Below, in pieces: positions 49,978 through 63,844 of a stretch of DNA of 64,000 bases; position 1 is the stretch's first letter, and every line of letters begins with the position of its first letter. The notes under the pieces were generated by a model. The model did not search any database. It saw nothing but the letters and a program-made list of their open reading frames with translations, and had not been told where the DNA came from. The DNA is from Mobula hypostoma. Its lineage: Eukaryota. The stretch spans positions 1,364,001 through 1,428,000 of the forward strand of contig NC_086098.1 in NCBI RefSeq assembly GCF_963921235.1. Direction: 5' to 3'. Both the position numbers and the translations under genes were made by a program.

Positions 49978-52900
49978 CCGTGGCTGAGGGATTGGAGCAG
50001 GGGGCAGGGATTCAAGTTTTTAGATCATTGGGATCTCTTTTGGTGCAGGTGTGACCTGTACAAAAAGGATGGGTTACACTTGAATCCTAGGGGGACCAAT
50101 ATCCTGGCGGGGAGATTTGCAAGGGCTATTGAGGAGACTTTAAACTAGAATGGTTGGGGGGTGGGAATCAAATTAAAGAGACTAGGAGAGAGGAGGTTAG
50201 TTCACAAATAGAGAAAGCTAGTAGACAGTGTGTGAGGGAGGATAGGCAGGGGACAGAGAACGGGAGCACTCAGACCGAAGACGTAGGGGACAAGGAAGAA
50301 AAAGATAACAAAGTTGTTTGCTACAGTAAGGATAAAAAGAGGTGGAGAGTTTCTTAAATGCATCTATTTTAATGTTAGGAGCATTGTAAGAAAGGTGGAT
50401 GAGCTTAGAGCATTGATTGATACCTGGAAATATGGTGTTGCAGCTATTAGTGAAACGTGGTTGATTGGCAACTAAGTATTCCAGGATTTCGTTGCTTCAG
50501 GTGTCATAGAATAGGAGGGGCAAGAGGGGGAGGTGTTGCATTGCTTGTCAGAAAAAATATAACAGCGGTGCTCTGGCAGGATAGACCATAAGACAAAGGA
50601 GCAGAAGTAGGCTATTCGGCCCATCAAGTCTGCTCCGCCATTTTATCATGAACTGATTCATTTTCTCCTATTTAGTCCCACTCCCCCGCCTTCTCACCAT
50701 AACCTTTGATGCCCTGGCTACTCAGATACCTATCAATCTCTGCCTTAAATACACCCAATGACTTGGCCTCCACTGCTGCCCGTGGCAACAAATTCCATAG
50801 ATTCGCCACCCTCTGACTAAAAAAATTTCTTCGCATTTCTGTTCTGAATGGGCGCCCTTCAATCCTTAAGTCATGCCCTCTCGTACTAGACTCCCCCATC
50901 ACGGGAAACAACTTTGCCACATCCACTCTGTCCATGCCTTTTAACACTCGAAATGTTTCTATGAGGTCTCCCCTCATTCTTCTAAACTCCAAGGAATACA
51001 GTCCAGTATCCAATAGATTAGTGGACTCGTCTAGGGAGGCTATTTGGGTGGAATTGAGGAATAGGAAAGGTGTAGTGATGCTTATAGGGGTGTATTATAG
51101 ACCACTTAATGGGGAGCGAGAACTGGAGGAGCAAATTTGTAAGGAGATAGAAGATATTTGTAGTAAGCACAAGGTTGTGATTGTGAGAGATTTTAGTTTT
51201 CCACACATAGACTGGGAAGCCCATTCTGTAAAAGGGCTGGATGGTTTGGAGTTTGTCAAATGTGTGCAAGATAGTTTTTTGCAGCAATACATAGAGGTAC
51301 CAACTAGAGAAGGGGCAGTGTTGGATCTCCTGTTAGGGAATGAGATAGGGTGGGTGACAGAGGTATGTGTTGGGGAGCACTTCGGGTCCAGTGATCACAA
51401 TACCATTAGTTTCAATATAATTATGGGGAAGGATAGGACTGGACCCAGGGTTGAGATTTTTGATTGGAGAAAGGCTAACTTTGAGGAGATGCGAAAGGAT
51501 TTAGAAGGAGTGGATTGGGGCAATTTGTTTTATGGGAAGGATGTAATAGAGAAATGGAGGTCATTTAAAGGTGAAATTTTGAGGGTACAGGATCTTTATG
51601 TTCCTGTTAGGATGAAAGGAAAGGTTAAAAGTTTGAGAGAGCCATGGATTTCAAGGGATATAGGAAACTTGGTTCAAAAAAAGAGAGGGATTTACAATAA
51701 ATATAGGCAGCTTGGAGTTAATGAGGTGCTCGAGGAATATAAAGAATGTAAAAAGGATCTTAAGAAAGAAATTAGAAAAGCTAAAAGAAGATATGAGGCA
51801 GCTTTAGCAGGTAGTGAAAATAAATCCAAAGGGTTTCTACAGTTATATAAATAGCAAAAGGATAGTGAGGGATAAAATTGGTCCCTTAGAGAATCAGAGT
51901 GGATGGCTATGTGCGGAGCCAAAAGAGATGGGGGAGATTTTGAACAATTTCTTTTCTTCAGTATTCACTAAGGAGAAGGATATTGAATTATGTAAAGTAA
52001 AGGAAACAAGAAGGGTAGTTATGGAAAGTATGATGATTAAAGAAGAGGAAGTACTGGTGCTTTTAAGGAATATAAAAGTGGATAAGTCTCTGGGTCCGTA
52101 TAAGATATTCCCTAGGACCTTGAGGGAAGTTAGTGTGGAAATAGCAGGGGCTCTGACAAAATTTTTCAAATGTCATTAGAAACGGGGATGGTGCCGGAGG
52201 ATTGGCGTATTGCTCATGTGGTTCCATTGTTTAAAAAGGGTTCTAAGAGTAAACCTAGCAATTATTGGCCTGTGAGTTTGACGTCAGTGGTGGGTAAATT
52301 GATGGAAAGTATTCTTAGAGATGATATATATATTTATCTGGATAGACAGGGTCTGATTAGGAACAGTCAACATGGATTTGTGCGTGGAAGGTCATGTTTG
52401 ACAAATCTTATTGAATTTTTTGATGAGGTTACTAGGAAAGTTGACGAGGGTAAAGTGGTGGATGTTGTCTATATGGACTTCAGTAAGGCATTTGACAAGG
52501 TTCCACATGGAAGGTTAGTTAGGAAGGTTCAATCGTTAGGCATTAATATCGAAGTAGTAAAATGGATTCAGCAGTGGCTGGATGGGGGATGCCAGAGAGT
52601 AATGGTGGATAACTGTGTGTCAGATTGGAGGACGGTGTGTAGCGGTGTGCCTCAGGGATCTGTACTGGGTCCAATGTTGTTTGTCATAAATATTAATGAT
52701 CTGGATGATGGGGTGGTAAATTGGATTAGTAAGTATGCAGATGATACTAAGATAGATGGCGTTGTGGATAATGAAGTAGGTTTTCAAAGCCTGCAGAGAG
52801 ATTTAGGCCAGTGAGAAGACTGGGCTGAACGATGGCAGATGGAGTTTAATGCTGAAAAATGTGCGGTGCTACATTTTAGTAGGACTAATCAAAATAGGAC

Positions 52901-53650
52901 ATACATGGTAAATGGTAGGGCATGGAAGAATGCAGCAGAACAGAGGGATCTAGGAATAATGGTGCATAGTTCCCTGAAGGTGGAATCTCATGTGGATAAG
53001 GTGGTGAAGAAAGCTTTCGGTTTGCTGGCCTTTATAAATCAGAGCATTGAGTATAGGAGTTGGGATGTAATGTTGAAATTGTATAAGGCATTGGTAAGGC
53101 CAAATTTGGACTATTGTGTACAGATCTGGTCACCGAATTATAGGAAAGATGTCAATAAAATTGAGAGAGTACAGAGGAGGTTCATTAAAATGTTTCCTGG
53201 GTTTCATCTCCTAAGTTACAGAGAAAGGTTGAACAAGTTAGGTCTTTATTCTTTGGAGAGTAGAAGGTTGAGAGGGGACTTGATAGAGGTGTTTAAAATT
53301 ATGAGGGGGATTGATAGAGTTGACGTGGATAGACTTTTCCATTGAGAGTGGGGGAGATTCAAACAAGAGGACATGAGTTGAGAGTTAAAGGGCAAAGGTT
53401 TAGGGGTAACATGAGGGGGAACTTCTTTACTCAGAGAGTGGTAGCTGTGTGGAACGAGCTTCCAGCAGAAGTGGTTGAGGCAGGTTCGATGTTGTCGTTT
53501 AAAGTTAAATTGGATAGATATATGGACAGGAAGGGAATGGAGGGTTATGGGCTGAGTGCAGGTCGGTGGAAATACGATAGGGTAAGAGTTCGGCACGGAC
53601 TAGAAAAGCCGAGGTGGCCTGTTCCCGTGCTGTAATTGTTATATGGTTAC
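49978..53650 (+). mobile_element. CR1 from ORF1 end through near-complete ORF2 and tail, with nested minus-strand CR1 3' end (50586-51005)
   Basis: ORFs 50934-51854, 51814-52179, 52170-52814 (KYADDTK), 52839-53345, 53342-53635; nested ORF 50672-51013 with possible ATAGA TSD. Confidence 0.93.
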
Positions 53651-54470
53651 TTGTAGGTCCTTTTCAAAGAATTCCAAGAGATTTGAAAGGCAGGATTTTT
53701 CTTTGAAGAAACCATGCAGTCTATGGCCTATTTTATCAAGTGCCTCATCATTAATAATCCTCTCAAACATCTTTCCAACCACTGAGGTCAGAGTAACTGG
53801 CCTATAGTTTCCTTTCTTGTGCCTCTCTCCATTCTTGAAGAGTGGAGTGACATCTTCAACTTTTCACTTCTGCAACCATTCCAGAATCTAGTGATTCTTG
53901 TAAGATCGTTACTAATGCCTCCATGATCCCTTCAGCCACCTCATTCTGAACTCTGGGGTGTATATCATTTCATCCAGGTGACTTATCTAACTTTCAGTTT
54001 CCCAAGCACTTTCTCTCTAGTTATGGTAACTTCACAAACTTCGGGCACCTCTGAAATCTGGAACTTCCACCATACTGCTACTGTCTTCCATCATGAAGAC
54101 TGATCCAAAATACCTATTCAGTTTGTCTACTATTTCATTGTCCCTCATTACTACCTCGCCCGTAGTATTTCACAGTGGTCTGATATCCACTCTCAACTCT
54201 TTTACACTTTATGTATATGAAGAAATTTTTGGTATCTTCCTTAACATTATTGGCTAGCTTACCTTCCTACTCCTTCTTTACCTTCGCAATGACTGTTTTA
54301 GTTGCCTTCTGTTGGTTTTTAAAAACCTCCAATCTTCTAGCTTCCCACTACTTTTTGCTCTATTATATACACTCTTTTTGGCTTTTATGTTGGTTTTGAT
54401 TTCTCTTGTTAGCCACAGTGGTGTCATCTTTCCTTTAGAATACTCCTTCCTCTTTGTGATGGATATATTC
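53651..54470 (-). mobile_element. CR1 tether/RT-start fragment, degenerate
   Basis: Reverse complement resembles 10650-11450. Confidence 0.8.
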
Positions 54471-54494
54471 AGAGTTATATGTACGTCCTCTCTG

Positions 54495-54702
54495 GTTGTG
54501 GCCTGCCTGTGGCCATCAAACTTTACAACTCCTCCCTTGGAGGGTCAGACACCCTGAGCCAATAGGCTGGTCCTGGATTTATTTCATAATTTACTGGCAT
54601 AATTTACAACTATTTATGTTTCTATTACTATTTATTATTTATGGTGCAACTGTAACGAAAACCAATTTCCCCCGGGATCAATAAAGTATGACTATGACTA
54701 TG
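54495..54702 (+). mobile_element. Rex/Babar-like 3' end
   Basis: Near identical to 59588-59790; (GACTAT)n tail. Confidence 0.85.
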
Positions 54703-55870
54703 TTAATGTAATCTCACTCTGAGATACTGGTTTCAATTTTTCTCACTCTCAGGATCTGGTTTAATTTGATCACACTTCGAGGATCTGGTTTAATTTATTT
54801 TCATCGTGAGACTCTGTGTTAAATTAATCTCACTCTGGTGACATGATTTATTTAAATCTCACTCTGTGGACCAGGTTTAATTTTATGCAACCTGAGACCA
54901 TGGTTTAATTTGATTTCAATATGAGGATCTGCTTTAAATTATTCTCACTCAAATGATCAGGTTTAGCTTAATCTCATGTTGAATAGCTGGCCTAATTAAA
55001 TCTCACCTTGATGATCTTACTCTCAGGAACTGGTTTAATTTTAATTTATTTTGAGGATCTGGGTTAGTTTAATCTCACTCTTAGACTCAATTTTAAGCAA
55101 GCAAGTAAGTTTATTTGTATAGCACTTTTCAAACACAAGTCAGTTCAAAGTGCTTTACTAAGTGCTTTAAATTAATCTCAAATTCTATGGCTCTGTTTTA
55201 ATTCAATCTCACTCCAAAACTCAAGTTTAATTTAATGGCAATCCAAGATTCTGGGATAATTTTGATCTCATTCTGTGGAAAAAAATTTAATTTAAATTTC
55301 ACTCTGGGAATATGGATTATTTAAATCTCACTGTGAGACTTGGGTTTAATTTAATCTAGATCTAAAGATGTGGTTTAATTTCTTCACACTCAGACTCTGG
55401 TATTAATAAATCTCACTCTGAGACATTGATTTAATTTACTCTCACTCTGGTGTACGGGTTTATTTAATTTAATCTCACTGAGTCTCTGGTTTAATTTAAT
55501 CTCACTCTGAGGATTGGGATTAATATAATCTCTCTCTGAGAAACTCTTTCAATTTAACCATACTCTGAAACACTGGTTTAATTTAATCTCATTCTCAGGG
55601 ACTGGTTTAATGTTTCCTCATTTGAGGATCTTTTTAATTTACTCTGACTCTGAAAATCTGATTTAGTCTAAACTGACTATCATGATCTGGTTTAATTTAA
55701 TATCACTCTGAGACTCTGCTTTAATTTACTCTCTCTCTCTGAGACACTACTTTAAATTTATCTCATCAGATGATGCAGTTTATTTAAACCTCACTCTGGA
55801 TCTGATTTCACTTAATCTAATTTAATCTCATTCAGACTGTGTTTTAATTTAATCTCATTCTGAGACTCTT
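54703..55870 (-). repeat. 29-bp satellite, reverse orientation, ~38 units (also 56490-56795)
   Basis: CTGGTTTAATTTAATCTCACTCTGAG units; small unrelated insert at ~55095-55165. Confidence 0.9.
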
Positions 55871-56485
55871 GTTCAGTTCAAAGGTTTCAAAGATATATTT
55901 AATGTCAGAAAAATGTATACAATATACATCCTGAAATGCTTTTTCTTTGCAATCATCCACAAAAACAGAGGAGTACCCCAAAGAATGAATGACAGGTAAA
56001 TGTTAGAATCCCAAAGTACCCCCCAGCTCCCCTCCCTCCCATGCGTAAGCGGCAGCAAGCAACGATCCCCCCTCCCTCCATCGACAAAAAAAACATCGGC
56101 ACTCACCACCGAGCACTCAAATGTGCAGTCAAAGTAACAGCAAAACCAAACTTGTAGTACCCCAAAGACTACACGTTCACCCAGTATTCGACATACCACA
56201 GGCTCTCTCTCTCTCCCTAATAAAGGAGAAAGAGATGTCTCCATTTCACAGCGAGAGGGGAGACATAACAAACAACTCGCTGGTTTACGATGTTAAAAGT
56301 CCGTTGCATTGCTTTTTCCGAGCTCTGTGCCCAAAGATCTTGGGTCTCTGGACACACAGCCAGAGATCTTCTGGCTCCCTGACACACAGGTCTGTCGGGA
56401 CACCGACCTTCAATCCGCCCGTCTCCAGAGCCCCGAGGTCCTCGGCCTCCAAAAGCGAGTTGAACTCTTGGGCTGCGCCTTAGGC
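55871..56485 (-). mobile_element. Probable LINE 3' UTR fragment inserted in the satellite
   Basis: Short-repeat tail (GTTCA)2AAGGTTTCAAAG and ATTAAA on minus; no coding motif. Confidence 0.5.
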
Positions 56486-56797
56486 ATGTTCAATAAATTT
56501 AATGTCAATCTGAGGATCTGTTTAATTTAATCTCTCTCTCAGGATCTGGTTTCATTTTATCTCATTTTGAGGATCTGTTTTACATTCATCTCACTCTGAG
56601 GATCTGATTTAATTAAATCAGTCTCAGAGTGAGATTAAATCTATCACTCTGGTTTAATTTCATCTCTGTCTGTCTGGTTTAAATTGATCTCTGTCTGAGG
56701 ATCTGGTTTAATTTAATCCTACCCTCAGGATATGATTGAATTTAATCTCACTCTGAGGATCTGGTTTAATTTAATCTCAATTTGAAAATTCGGTTTG

Positions 56798-56960
56798 AAA
56801 CATCGAAACATAAAAATCTACAGTACATTACAGGTCCTTCAGCCCACAATATTGTGCTGACCATGTACCCAGCTTTAGAAACTGCCGAGAATTTCCCTAC
56901 CGCATAGCCCTCAATTTCTCTAAGCTCCATGTATCTATCTCAGAGTATCTTAAAAGACCC
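56798..56960 (-). mobile_element. CR1-type 3' tail fragment
   Basis: (GAAACAT)2 tail followed by ggtccttcagcccacaat. Confidence 0.7.
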
Positions 56961-57225
56961 TTCTTCTCCTTCATGTGCCTTGCATGTTATGCGCTTGGGC
57001 GATCATGGCTCTCCACGTCGAACAATCCCGCGCAGCATCAATTATATCTCACACACTTAGATCTGTTAGTTCTTTCACAGTGTCCATATATTTTCATCCT
57101 TGCCTTCCTCTAGTGCATTTCCCAGGCATACGGCCTTCTATTTATTCCTTTCTGATGGCATGGCCCAGGAATTTAAGTTTCCTCTCGTTTAATGTTCTCA
57201 CTAAAGATCTTTTTGTATGGGCACG
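56961..57225 (-). mobile_element. RTE-clade LINE 3' end
   Basis: Minus strand RKLKFLGHAIRK.IEGRMPGKCTRGRQ...WRAMI; (GAA)n tail. Confidence 0.75.
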
Positions 57226-57579
57226 AGGATGTGTGTGGCTGTGTGAGTGTGTGAGAGTGTGTGTAAGTATGTGTATCTGTGAGGGTGTGTGTAATTGTGT
57301 GTATGTGTGTGTGTGAGAGACAGAGTGTGTGTTATGTGATTGTGTGTAATTGTGTGCCCGTGTGTGGGTGTGAGTATATGCGTGTGTGTAGTTGTGTGTG
57401 AAAGTGCATGTGAGTGTGTGTGCGTGAGCATGTGTATCTGAGAGTGTGTTTGAGTGTAGCTGTATGTGAGTGTGGTTGTGTGTGACTGCAGCTGTGCGTG
57501 CGTCTGTGAGAGTGTGTGTAAGAATGTATTTGAGCGTGAGTATGAGTGAGTGTGTGTGAGTCTGGCTGTGTTTTTACAT

Positions 57580-57632
<53 letters not shown>

Positions 57633-57650
57633 AGTGTGTGTGCTTGTGAA
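57226..57650. repeat. TG-rich low-complexity sequence with (GT)n at 57582-57627
   Basis: Seen directly. Confidence 0.9.
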
Positions 57651-57651
57651 T

Positions 57652-58125
57652 ATGCACCTTTCAGCTGATTATTATTTCACTGTGATGGTATTTAACTCCA
57701 TTCCTTTCTTCGGAGTGCTTTTCGAGACTGAAGCAAAGCACAGCACCGTTTCGCTGCCTGCTTGCAATAGGCCTTGCCGGATAAATTGGACTATCGAGTC
57801 AACTGACTCCGAAGACTAGCAGTATTCGTTTTATATTTAGTTACTCATTTCAGTAGCAGTGCTGATTTTGTTATTTTCCATTTTAGTTAACGGCACCGTT
57901 TGCCCGAATGTTTATTGTATTCTTTTCCCTTTAACACTGTTTGCATTAAAGTCTGTTAACTATTGACCTGCTTCAGTGTGTCTCACTCCGCACTTGGGCC
58001 ACATTTGAACGTAATGACAGCAGGTCTCAACCACATAAAGATGGACGCAGCAGAGAGAAGGAGCAGCTGACCTTGGCTGTGAGATTCATTGGTCAGGCAG
58101 GGGACAAACGATAGGCAATGGAATC
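57652..58125 (+). mobile_element. Sushi-like Gypsy LTR 3' part (ends TGACA ~58019) and gag start
   Basis: ATTAAA, GCACTTGGGCC, TGACA, then ATG GAC GCA GCA (MDAA) ~20 bp downstream. Confidence 0.6.
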
Positions 58126-58639
58126 TGTTCTCAGTGAAGTTGAGCCAGAAGACCTAGTCCACATTGGTACCAATGCCATAAGTAGAAAAAGGGAGGAGGT
58201 TCTGAAGAAAGATTTCAGGGAGTTGGGTAGGAAGCTGAAAAGCAGGACCTCCAGGGTAGTAATCTCAGGATTGCTGCCTGTGCCACGTGCTAACGAACGC
58301 AAGAATAGCATGATCAGGCATATTAATGCGTGGCTGAGAGACTGGTGTAGGGGGCAGGGCTTCAGATTCCTGGATCATTGGGGCCTCTTCTGGGGGAGAT
58401 ATCACCTGTACAAAAAGGACGGGTTACACCTGAAGCCAAAGGGGTCCAATATCCGAGCAGGCAGGTTTAATAGAGCTGTTAGAGAGGGTTTAAACTAATT
58501 TGGCAGGGGGATGGCAACTGGAATGATACGGTTGAGGAAGGGGAAAACAGAAATAAATCAAAGAAAGCATGCAACAGAGACGATAGAAAGGACAAGCAGG
58601 AGATGAGGCACAATCACAGCCAGTGGAAAGAGTTACAGG

Positions 58640-59802
58640 GCAAGCCAGCGAGCATTGTGAGGGTCATGTTTTTTGACTTCTCCAGTGCGTTCAACACCAT
58701 CCGCCCTGCTCTGCTGGGGGAGAACCTGACAGCGATGCAGGTGGATGCTTCCCTGGTATCATGGATTCTTGATTACCTGACTGGCAGACCACAGTAGGTG
58801 TGCTTGCAACATTGTGTGTCCGACAGAGTGATCAGCAGCACTGGGGCTCCACAGGGAATTGTCTTGTCTCCCTTTCTCTTCACCATTTACACCTCGGACT
58901 TCAACTACTGCACAGAGTTTTGTCATCTTCAGAAGTTTTCGGATGACTCTGCCATAGTTGGATGAATCAGCAAGGGAGATGAGATCCATTACAGGGCTAC
59001 TGTAGGAAACTTTGTCACATGGTGTGAGCAGAATTATCTGCAGCTTAATGTGAAAAAGACTAAGGAGCTGGTGGTAGACCTGAGGAGAGCTAAGGTACCG
59101 GTGACCCCTGTTTCCATCCAGGGGGTCAGTGTGGACATGGTGGAGGATTACAAAAACCTGGGGATACGAATTGACAATAAACTGGACTGGTCAAAGAACA
59201 CTGAGGCTGTCCACAAGAAGGGTCAGAGCTGTCTCTATTTCCTGAGGAGACTGAGGTCCTTTAACATCTGCCGGACGATGCTGAGGATGTTCTACGAGTC
59301 TGTGGTGGCCAGTGCTATCATGTTTGCTGTTGCGTGCTGGGGCAGCAGGCTGAGGGTAGCAGACACCAACAGAATCAACAAACTCATTCGTAAGGCCAGT
59401 GATGTTGTGGGGATGGAACTGGACTCTCTAACGGTGGTGTCTGAAAAGAGGATGCTGTCTAAGTTGCATGCCATCTTGGTCAATGTCTCCCATCCACTAC
59501 ATAATGAACTGGGTGGGCACAGGAGTACATTCAGCCAGAGACTCATTCCTTCAAGATGCAGCACAGAGCATCATAGGAAGTCATTCCTGCCTGTGGCCAT
59601 CAAACTTTACAACTCCTCCCTTGGAGGGTCAGACACCCTGTGCCGATAGGCTGGTCCTGGACTTATTTCATAATTTACTGGCATAATTTACATATTACTA
59701 TTTAACTATTTATGGTTCTATTACTATTTATTATTTATGGTGCAACTGTAACGAAAACCAATTTCCCCCTGGGATCAATAAAGTATGACTATGACTATGA
59801 CT
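58640..59802 (+). mobile_element. 5'-truncated Rex/Babar-like LINE
   Basis: [47 protein letters not shown] and (GACTAT)n tail. Confidence 0.9.
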
Positions 59803-62204
59803 ACAGAGTCATCGTGCAGTTAAAACAGAAAACAACAAATACTGGGATGAAAGTGTTATATTTGAATGCATGCAGCACAAGAAATAAAATGGACAATCTT
59901 GAAATTCAGCTACCATTGGAAGCTGAATTTGGATAGCTGCCATTGGGAGCTGAACGTCCAAGTATATACGGTGTATCAGAAAGATAGATTAGTAGGCAGA
60001 GGGGGTGGTGTGGCCCTGTGTCTAAGAAATAATATTAAATCATTACAAAGGGATGGCATAGGATCAGAAGGTGTAGAGTCTCCATGGGTTGAGTTAAGAA
60101 ATGACATGGGTAAAAGGACCCTAATGACAGTTGTATACAGAGCTCCAAGCAGCAGCTGGGATGTGGATTACAAATTACAGCAGGAGATAGAAAAGGCGTG
60201 TCAGAAGGGCAATGTCATGATAATCATTGGGATTTTAACATGAAAGTGGGAAAACCAAGCCATTACTGGATCTCAAGACAGAGAATTTGTAGAATGTCTA
60301 AGGGATGGCTTTTCAGAACAGCTTGTTGCTGAGCCCAGTAGGGGATCGGCTGTGCTGGATTGGGTGTTGTGCAATGATCCAAAGGTGATTAGACAGTTTA
60401 AGGTTAAGGAGCACTTAGGGAACAGTGATCACAATATGATTGAGTTCACTTTGAAATCTGAGAAGGAGAAACTAAATTCCATTGTGTTGGTATTTCAGTG
60501 GAAGAAAGAAAATTAAACTGGCCAAAGTTGACTGGAAAGGGACACTAGCAGGAAGGACAGCAGAGCAGCAATGGCTGGAGTTTCTGCGAAAAATGAAGAA
60601 AGTGCATGACAGATAAGAAGAAATTTTTGAATGTAAGAAATGAAATCAGAGCCAAAGTAAAAGCAAAAGAGAGGGCATACAAGGAAGCCAAAGCTAATGG
60701 GAAGACAGAGGATTGGGAAGCTTTTAAATCTTGCAGAAGGGAACTAAGCAGGTAATTAGGAAGGAAAAGATGAATTATGAAAGGAAGTTGGTGACTCATA
60801 TCAAAGAAGATACTAAAAGCTTTTACAAGTATATAAAGGGGAAAAAAGAATTGAGGGTAGATGACCAATAGAAAATGACGCTGGAGATATTGTAACTAGA
60901 GACACAGAGATGGCAGAGGAACTGAATGCATATTTTGCATCAGTCTTCACAGTGGAAGATATCTGCAGTATACTGGACATTCAAAAGTGTCAGGGAAGTG
61001 AAGTTTGTGCAATGAAAATTACAACTGAGAAGGTGCTCAGGAGGCTTAATGGTCTGAGGGTGGATAAATCTCCTGGAGCTGCTGGAATGGACCCTTGGGT
61101 TCTGAAGAAAGTAGCTGGAGAGATTGTGGCGACATTAACGATGATCTATCAAGAATCGATAAATTCTGGCATTGTACCAGATGATTGGAAAATTGCAAAT
61201 GTTACTCAGCTATTTAAGAAGGGTGGGAGGCAGCAGAAGGGAAACTATAGACCTCTTAGCCTGACATCAGTTGCTGGGAATTTGTTGGAATCAATTGTTA
61301 GGGATGTGATTACGGAGTATCTGGTGGCACATGACAAGATAGGCCAAAGTCTGTATGGTTTTCTGAAAGGAATATCCTGCCTGACTAACTTATTGCAATT
61401 TTTTGAGGAAATTACAAACAGGGTACACAAAGAAGATGCAGTGGATGTGCTGAACTTGGATTTTCAGAAGACCTTTGACATGGTGCCACACATGAGACTG
61501 CTTAGCAAGGTAAGAGTCCATGGAATTACAGGGAAGATACTAGCATGGGTGGAGCATAAAACAGAGAGTGAGAATAAAGGGATCCTATTCTGGCTGGCTG
61601 CTGGTTACCAGTGGAGTTCCACAGGGGTCGGTGTTAGGACTGCTGCTTTTTACAATGTATGTCAATGATTTGGACTATGGGATTAGTGGATTTGTGGCTA
61701 AATTTGCCAATGATACAAAGATAAGTGGAGGAGTGGGTAATGTTGAGGAAACAGAGAGCCTGCAGAGAGACTTAGATAGTTTAGGATAATGGGCAAAGAA
61801 GTGGCAAATGAAATACAATGTTGGAAAGTGTATGGTCATGCACTTTGGTGGAAGAAATAAACAGGCAGACTATTCTTGAGATGGGGAAAGAATTCAAAAT
61901 GCGGGTATGCAAAGGGATTTTGGAGTCCTTGTGCAAGATACTCTAAAGGTTGAGTTGGTGGTGAAGAAAGTGAATGCAATGTTGGCATTCTTTTCTAGAG
62001 TGATGTGATGTTGAGGATCTATAAGGTACTTGTAAGACCACATGGAGTATTGTGTGCAGTTTTGGGCTCCTTATTTTAGAAAGGATATACTGACTTTGGA
62101 GAGGGCTCAGAGAAGATTCACAAGAATGATTCCAAGAATAAAAGGGTTACCGTATAAGAAACATCTGGGAGCTCTTTGGCTGTATTCCATGGAGTTTAGG
62201 AGAA

Positions 62205-62966
62205 TACTTTATACTTATATTGTCGCCAAACAATTGATACCAGAATGTACAACCATCACAGTGATATTTGATTCTGCGCTTCCCGCTCCCTGGATTACAA
62301 ATTGATAGTAAATATTAAAAATTTAAATTATAAATCATAAATAGAAAATAGAAAAATGGAAAGTAAGGTAGTGCAAAAAAAAAGGAGAGGCATGTCCAGA
62401 TATTTGGAGGGTACGGCACAGATCCGGGTCAGGATCCAGTCTTATCACAGTTGGAAAGAAGCTGTTCCCAAATCTGGCCGTATGAGTCTTCAAGCTCCTG
62501 AACCTTCTCCCAGAGGGCAGATGGATGAAAAGTGTGTTGGCTGGGTGGGTCGTGTCCTTGATTATCCTGGCAGCACTGCTCTGACAGCGTGCGGTGTAAA
62601 GTGAGTCCAAGGACGGAAGATTGGTTTGTGTGATGTGCTACGCCTTGTTCACGATCTTCTGCAGCTTCTTTCGGTCTTGGACAGGACAACTTCCATACCA
62701 CGTTGTGATGCACCCTAGAAGAATGCTTTCTACGGTGCATCTATAAAAATTAGTGAGGGTTTCAGGGGACAGGCCAAATGTATTTAGTTTTCTCAGGAAG
62801 TAAAGGTGTTGGTGGGCCTTCTTGGCAGTGGACGCTGCTTGGCTGGACCAAGTCAGGTCATTTGTGATATTGACCCCGAGGAACTTAAAGCTTTGGACCT
62901 GCTCCACTTGCGCACCACCAATGTGAATTGGGTTGTGCGGTCCTCTACTCCTTCTGAAGTCAACAA
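62205..62966 (-). mobile_element. Rex/Babar-like LINE 3' fragment
   Basis: FKFLGVNITNDLTWS, KKAHQHLYFLRKL, LPSGRRFRS, NSFFPT. Confidence 0.88.
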
Positions 62967-63327
62967 ATAAGGAGTTATCTCATAGAAACATTCCGAATGT
63001 TAAACGGCTTGAGTAGGGGAGTCTAGGACAAGAGGGCACAACTTCAGGATTGAAGGACATCCATTTAGAACAGAGATGTGGAGAAATTACTTTGGTCAGA
63101 GGGTGGTAAATCTGTGGAATTTGTTGCCACAAGCAGCTGTGGATGCCAGATCAATGGGTGTATTTAAGGCAGTGATAGGCTGTTGATTTGCCAGGGCATC
63201 AAAGGGTATGGGGAGATGGCAGGGGATGGGGATGACTGGAAGAATTGGATAAGCCCATGATTGAATAGTGAAGCAGGCTCGATGGGCTGAATGGCCTACT
63301 TCTTCCTCTATATCTTACGGTCTTAAG

Positions 63328-63740
63328 TTACAGAAGCAGTAAAGCAGATAATCTCGTGCCGACAAGCCCAGTCCCCATCTGGAAGAACAGGTATCATCCC
63401 TGGATGCAATGGTTAAAAAGCTCAACTCAGACAATTGGAGTCAGCTGACTGTGATTTCCGCACTAACAGCCGCCATCCGTAAGCTTGCTGTGGACAGCCA
63501 GCGTTAGCTGACTGTCATTAACATTCTCGCTAACGCAATTCAGCAGCCTCTAGCCACCTCAGTCCCACTCCCAGCATCTCGCAGGTCCTGCTTTTCTGCT
63601 GCCCCCGACAATCTCTGCCTCTAATGCTCCCATCTGCACACCAGACCAGGACTGACTCCCACCAGCATACAGGAAACGGGCAGATATTCTGGTGATCCCG
63701 ATGGTTGCAGGAAATTTATTGCCCAATGCAAACATGGCCA
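63328..63740 (+). mobile_element. Sushi-like Gypsy gag fragment
   Basis: [16 protein letters not shown] at ~63682-63730, similar to the RTL/LDOC1-type gag motif. Confidence 0.72.
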
Positions 63741-63844
63741 TTAGATGTGCTGAAAGTTGTCTTCCACATATCCCCTTCTCTTATACAAACCAGATTATAA
63801 GCATTGCTCAGATCAATTTTGGAAAACATGGTTACTCCCTGGAG
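63734..63844 (-). mobile_element. Sushi-like Gypsy RT fragment
   Basis: [37 protein letters not shown]. Confidence 0.82.

Larger units (their letters stand above)
58130..63325 (+). mobile_element. CR1 from ORF1 esterase to 3' tail, interrupted by two Rex/Babar-like inserts
   Basis: VHIGTN...DGLHL (58118-58498), APE 59803-60450, RT ORFs 60910-61668 and 61568-61789, tail ~63300-63325. Confidence 0.88.

Noticed and set aside
50934..51854. Novel N-terminus on an APE protein
   Set aside because: The first ~25 residues come from the antisense strand of a nested CR1 fragment
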